DNA from: Oligoflexales bacterium
Lineage (GTDB): Bacteria; Bdellovibrionota_B; Oligoflexia; Oligoflexales; CAIYRB01
Assembly: GCA_041736175.1 (NCBI GenBank)
Contig: JBGSUI010000190.1
Location: forward strand, 1-21,990
DNA: 21,990 nt
Direction of reading: 5' to 3'
A model generated the notes under the pieces. That model was given only the letters and a program-made list of their open reading frames with translations, searched no databases and was not told where the DNA came from. The position numbers and the translations under genes are program-made. Of this stretch, positions 18,772-21,990 are shown in pieces. How positions within the stretch are numbered: the first letter of the stretch is position 1; each line of letters starts with the position of its first letter.

Positions 18772-18970
18772 TCTCCCTCTTTGAACGCTCCAAGTAGCCA
18801 ATGACCCTGTCTTTTTCCAATTGAACCCTGTCCATTAAATCAACGAGTAGATTTCGTTTAGCGGCGGTTGGCAACTTGTCGAAGTTTGCAAATAGCCGCT
18901 CCTATGCGTCCCCGATGACCTTAGCGTCCGGTGCCGCATTGACCTGTTGGTTCTCCATTTGCTCCAAAAC
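18734..18970 (-). pseudogene. Probable C-terminal remnant of a large serine recombinase/integrase reading into the tRNA
   Basis: Manual translation VLEQMENQQVNAAPDAKVIGDA*ERLFANFDKLPTAAKRNLLVDLMDRVQLEKDRVIGYLERSKREMAPQVGLEPTTR*; resembles the KRxLLxxLxxxVxL tail of serine recombinases; internal TAG at 18902-18904; assignment by pattern only. Confidence 0.5.
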
Positions 18971-19042
18971 CTAAATGCACCGCGTCCCGCAGCGCCCAGG
19001 GACTCGAGAAGATCCACCTCTGGACTTGCTTCGACAGCCTTG

Positions 19043-19072
19043 CTTTCAATTTATTGAAAGTCATGGTATTCT
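19043..19072 (+). promoter_or_regulatory. Palindromic operator and extended -10 promoter upstream of the AbiEi-type gene
   Basis: Perfect inverted repeat CTTTCAAT-TT-ATTGAAAG (19043-19060); TG-G-TATTCT (19064-19072) ends 7 nt before ATG 19080. Confidence 0.6.
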
Positions 19073-19079
19073 AGCAAGT

Positions 19080-20141
19080 ATGAGACGTCCAGATGCCAAC
19101 TTAATCAAGCAAATTCAGCAGATTATTGCCAAACTCGTGGCCGTTGATCCTGTTCAACCTGACCACTTCGAAACGGAGCCCGACCTGGTCCTTAAGACCA
19201 AGGACGGCGCTTATCTCGTTCTCGGAGCGAAGTCTCAGTCCGGCACCATGGTCATCCGAAGTGCGATTGATCAGGTCCAAAGACAGGCAAGGGAGGTCGC
19301 TGCGAAGCACGCCGGAGCCGAGGCGGTCATTCCCCTCATCGGGGTTCCGAAGATGGGCGACACCGGGCAGCGCCTTTGCGACGAAGCGCAGGTCGGCTGG
19401 GTCGATCTCGCAGGCAACGCGAATATTCGAGGCCCCGGCATCGTCATTCACGTAGCCGGGCGCACCGCGCCGGCGCCAAAGGAACCGGCCGGAGACAACC
19501 CATTTGCGCAGCGCAGCAGCCGCGTCGTCAAGCGCCTGCTCACTGAACCAGAGCGTTGGTTCAGCCAGCGGGAGATGGCGACCTCAGCCGGACTCAACGA
19601 AGGCTACGTGAGCAAAATCGTAAGGCGTCTCGAACGAGATCGTCACCTCGAACGAGATCCGACGCGTCGATTTCGAGCGAAGTCGCCGACAGCCCTGCTC
19701 GATGACTGGCGTGAGCACTACGACTTTGGAAAGCACGACCGGATCGTGGGACACATCGGTGCTCGCTCAGGCGACGAACTCATGAAGATGGTCGGCAATG
19801 GCCTCGAGCGCCAAGGCGTAGAATACGCCTTTACGGGGCTCGCCGGCGCCTGGCTCCTTACGCAGTTTGCGTCTTTCCGAATTGGTACTGTCCTCGTTGA
19901 GACGCTTCCAAACGACGACGTCTTGAGCGCGATCGAGTTCCGAGCCGACCCTCGCGGCGCAAACCTCTGGATTGTCGCACCGGGCGATAGCGATCCGTTA
20001 TCGTCGGCGACAACGATCAGCGATCTGAAGTGCGTCGATCCAATTCAGGTCTATCTCGACCTGAAGGGCCATCCTGAACGTGCCCAGGAGGCAGCCGGCG
20101 AACTGAAGCAAAGGTTCTTTTACTGGAGTGACAATGGGTAA
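19080..20141 (+). CDS. Type IV toxin-antitoxin AbiEi-family antitoxin / transcriptional regulator
   Basis: Restriction-endonuclease-like N-domain (PD..L, GWVDLAGNANI), central HTH (FSQREMATSAGLNEGYVSKIVRRL), LLDDWREHY, YAFTGLAGA, GANLW and C-terminal VDPIQVYLDLKGHPERAQEAA; ATG 19080 preferred over 18975. Confidence 0.82.
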   Translation: MRRPDANLIKQIQQIIAKLVAVDPVQPDHFETEPDLVLKTKDGAYLVLGAKSQSGTMVIRSAIDQVQRQAREVAAKHAGAEAVIPLIGVPKMGDTGQRLCDEAQVGWVDLAGNANIRGPGIVIHVAGRTAPAPKEPAGDNPFAQRSSRVVKRLLTEPERWFSQREMATSAGLNEGYVSKIVRRLERDRHLERDPTRRFRAKSPTALLDDWREHYDFGKHDRIVGHIGARSGDELMKMVGNGLERQGVEYAFTGLAGAWLLTQFASFRIGTVLVETLPNDDVLSAIEFRADPRGANLWIVAPGDSDPLSSATTISDLKCVDPIQVYLDLKGHPERAQEAAGELKQRFFYWSDNG

Positions 20142-20474
20142 GCCGAGCAAGCCGCAAACGCGCTTCGGGTACATGGTCTTATCGACTTCCTAATCGGACC
20201 GGTCTCTGCCGCAAGCGTTCCGGGAAAGCTGCAAAACCTCGAGGACGACTTCGCTGCCTTCATAGCGGAAGGTGTCCCGCTTGCTTTCCGCGATAAACGA
20301 ACAGGTGAGGAAGCAACGCGCGAAACGCTCGTCTGCGGTCCGTCAGCATTCGTTGCTATGAAAGCGGCCGCCTTCAAGAATCGCGGCGAGCCCAAGGACG
20401 CCTTCGACCTTTTCTACGTCCTCAACCACTACCAGTCGTTTGAACAGCTCTCTCGCGCAATCCCGTTCCTTTAG
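20134..20474 (+). pseudogene. AbiEii-like nucleotidyltransferase toxin, internally deleted and frameshifted
   Basis: ATG 20134 overlaps the antitoxin stop and gives MGKPSKPQTRFGY (frame closes at 20191-20193); a second frame from about 20175 gives IDFLIGP...GKLQNLEDDFAAFIAEGVPLAFRD...VCGPSAFVAMKAAAFKNRGEPKDAFDLFYVL containing the K...R...KDxxD toxin motif; the N-terminal catalytic GG/DxD region is missing. Confidence 0.8.
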
Positions 20475-20691
20475 GTGCGGGTCAAGCGAGACATGGAGAG
20501 CCAAAACCTCATGGTTTTGGTGAGCTATTCATTGGTCCGCCTCCAACTGGCCGTAAAAAAGCATTAACAGAAGCACTGGGGAGGAACTACCCGAAAAGGT
20601 CAACCCCTTCATCCTTACCTCTGCATTGATGTAACCCTTCATGCAGAAGTCAATCATTCTGGTACCCCTTAATATATCTTCACCCATACTG

Positions 20692-20737
20692 TTGACTAGT
20701 TTTCTCCCTCTGTATACCTTACTGCCCAGATAGGAGG
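20692..20737 (+). promoter_or_regulatory. Putative sigma70 promoter and RBS for tnpB
   Basis: TTGACT (20692-20697), 17-bp spacer, TACCTT (20715-20720); AGGAGG at 20732-20737, 9 nt before ATG 20747. Confidence 0.55.
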
Positions 20738-20746
20738 CACGCCAAA

Positions 20747-21990
20747 ATGTTAATGGGCATTAAACTCAGAGCAAACCCAACAGCACACCAAAAAATGGTC
20801 TTAAGCCAGTGGATGGGATGTGCGAGATTTATTTGGAATGCTAAGTGCAGCGAAGATAAATACCTCTCGACTTTTGCTCGAAAATATATGCCTTTGGGCA
20901 CCTATGCGCCGATCGATCAAAAATATTCTCAATATAAAGATGACCTCCTTTCCCCTTGGCTGAGGGACTGTCCCAGCCAGATTTTGAGAAACTCCGCTGT
21001 AAATTGGTTTCAAACCTATCAAAGGTTTCTCAAAGGGGAAGGCGGCAAACCTAGCGTTAAGAAAAAATCCAATGGTGGCAGCATCCACCTCACCAGCGAG
21101 ATTTTTGAGTTTAGAAAAGGCGACGATGGGGTCTTGAGGCTTTTTGTTGGTTCAAAGACTAACAATATTGATTTTCTAGCCGTCAAATTTCATGGAACTT
21201 TCACCCTTCCTACGTCTCTTTACATAACCAAGAAAAATGGTATCTACTGGGTCTCTTTCTGCTATGAGGATCAACTGGATGATTCTCAATTTAAGACGGA
21301 CCAAGATCATCTAAAGTATCTTCAAGGAGCAACCGAAGAGTTTCTCCATCCCCATACGATCGGCATCGACCGAGGGGTGGTGAGACCTATCCAAGCAGGA
21401 GACCAAGTCTTTGATCTCACCCCCGAACAGAAGAAAAGAAAAAAAATCAAAGAGTACAAGATCAGGAGATATCAGAGACGTCTCGCCAGCCAGAAAAAAG
21501 GCTCAAAACGTCGGGGAAAAACCAAAAACAAACTAGGTCGGTGTCACGAAAAAATAGCCAATATTAGAAAAGATTTTTGCCATAAGGCTAGCCACGAAAT
21601 CGTGTCTAATCCAGAGATTAAAGTCATTGTTCTAGAAGATCTTAAGACTAAGAATATGACAGCCTCACCCAAGGCCAAGCAAAATGTTAATGGCAAGTGG
21701 GAAAAAAATGGAGCCAGCGCCAAGGCAGGTTTAAATCAGTCTATTCTAGATAAAGGCTGGCATCAGTTCGAAACATTTCTCAAATACAAAGCTTATCGAG
21801 CCCAAAAGGCAGTTTTTAAAATTTCTGCCTACCAAACCTCTCAGGAGTGTGCCGCTTGCAACCACACTCACCCCAACAATCGCAAAACTCAATCGAGTTT
21901 TCATTGCGAACGTTGCGATCATTCTGACAACGCCGACCATAATTCGGCGGTGGTAATCCAAAAGCGAGCCATAAAGTTGATACTACACCC
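20747..21990 (+). CDS. tnpB: TnpB RNA-guided endonuclease (IS200/IS605-IS607 OrfB), 3' end outside the window
   Basis: Uninterrupted 414-codon frame translated by hand: GIKLRANPT..Q...LSQWMGCARFIWN (HTH), RuvC-I IGIDRGV, RuvC-II IVLEDL, GLNQSILDKGW, TSQECAAC...FHCERC zinc finger, RuvC-III NADHNSA. Confidence 0.96.
   Translation, partial: MLMGIKLRANPTAHQKMVLSQWMGCARFIWNAKCSEDKYLSTFARKYMPLGTYAPIDQKYSQYKDDLLSPWLRDCPSQILRNSAVNWFQTYQRFLKGEGGKPSVKKKSNGGSIHLTSEIFEFRKGDDGVLRLFVGSKTNNIDFLAVKFHGTFTLPTSLYITKKNGIYWVSFCYEDQLDDSQFKTDQDHLKYLQGATEEFLHPHTIGIDRGVVRPIQAGDQVFDLTPEQKKRKKIKEYKIRRYQRRLASQKKGSKRRGKTKNKLGRCHEKIANIRKDFCHKASHEIVSNPEIKVIVLEDLKTKNMTASPKAKQNVNGKWEKNGASAKAGLNQSILDKGWHQFETFLKYKAYRAQKAVFKISAYQTSQECAACNHTHPNNRKTQSSFHCERCDHSDNADHNSAVVIQKRAIKLILH

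Larger units (their letters stand above)
18772..20474. mobile_element. Decayed tRNA-Asn-associated genomic island remnant (right boundary approximate)
   Basis: Starts at the tRNA 3' end, visibly higher GC and different codon usage than the flanks, carries a recombinase-like fragment and an AbiE-type TA locus; no second att copy seen in the window. Confidence 0.7.

Noticed and set aside
18835..19017. 60-aa minus ORF next to the tRNA
   Set aside because: No recognisable features; a different minus frame (18734-18970) carries the protein-like signal
18975..19079. N-terminal 35 aa of the 388-aa ORF in the track
   Set aside because: Overlaps the promoter/operator; ATG 19080 fits better
1737..19455. 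Remaining short ORFs of the six-frame track nested in or antisense to the long genes
   Set aside because: They overlap confidently assigned CDSs and show no motifs of their own
20120..20395. 91-aa minus ORF
   Set aside because: Antisense shadow of the toxin pseudogene
20626..20630. TTGAT as an ISDra2-like TAM/left cleavage site
   Set aside because: A 5-mer is expected by chance, it sits within a hairpin, and the TAM is family specific; the boundary needs comparative data
20719..21961. Three short minus ORFs (20719-20901, 20801-21088, 21746-21961)
   Set aside because: Antisense shadows of tnpB
1..21990. CRISPR array or cas genes (TnpB read as Cas12f)
   Set aside because: No regularly spaced 25-40 bp repeats were seen; nothing beyond the right edge can be assessed
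18772..21990. Second att copy (duplicated tRNA 3' end) closing the island
   Set aside because: No repeat of the CCTACCTGAGGAGCCA end was found by eye in the window

Overview
Bacterial chromosomal window with a moderate-GC core and decayed mobile DNA at both ends. The gene style is suggestive of Oligoflexia/Bdellovibrionota, but this is inference only. Left to right: the 3' end of a cut-off ORF plus terminator; a degraded IS66 transposase; a HEPN-MNT toxin-antitoxin pair; a minus-strand envelope cluster (subtilase, MurJ, putative outer-membrane beta-barrel, and a class A PBP whose transpeptidase catalytic motifs are all lost); a plus-strand housekeeping run (TetA-like MFS, HisN-type inositol monophosphatase, MgtE, IcmF); AroB with a long N-terminal extension; a CheY-like regulator; a membrane protein; and tRNA-Asn(GTT). 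Downstream of the tRNA lies a GC-rich island remnant containing a probable serine-recombinase C-terminal fragment that reads into the tRNA, an intact AbiEi-type antitoxin with a palindromic operator, and an internally deleted AbiEii-type toxin. The window ends in a TnpB gene with intact RuvC motifs that runs off the edge and is absent from the ORF track. No CRISPR array or rRNA was seen.
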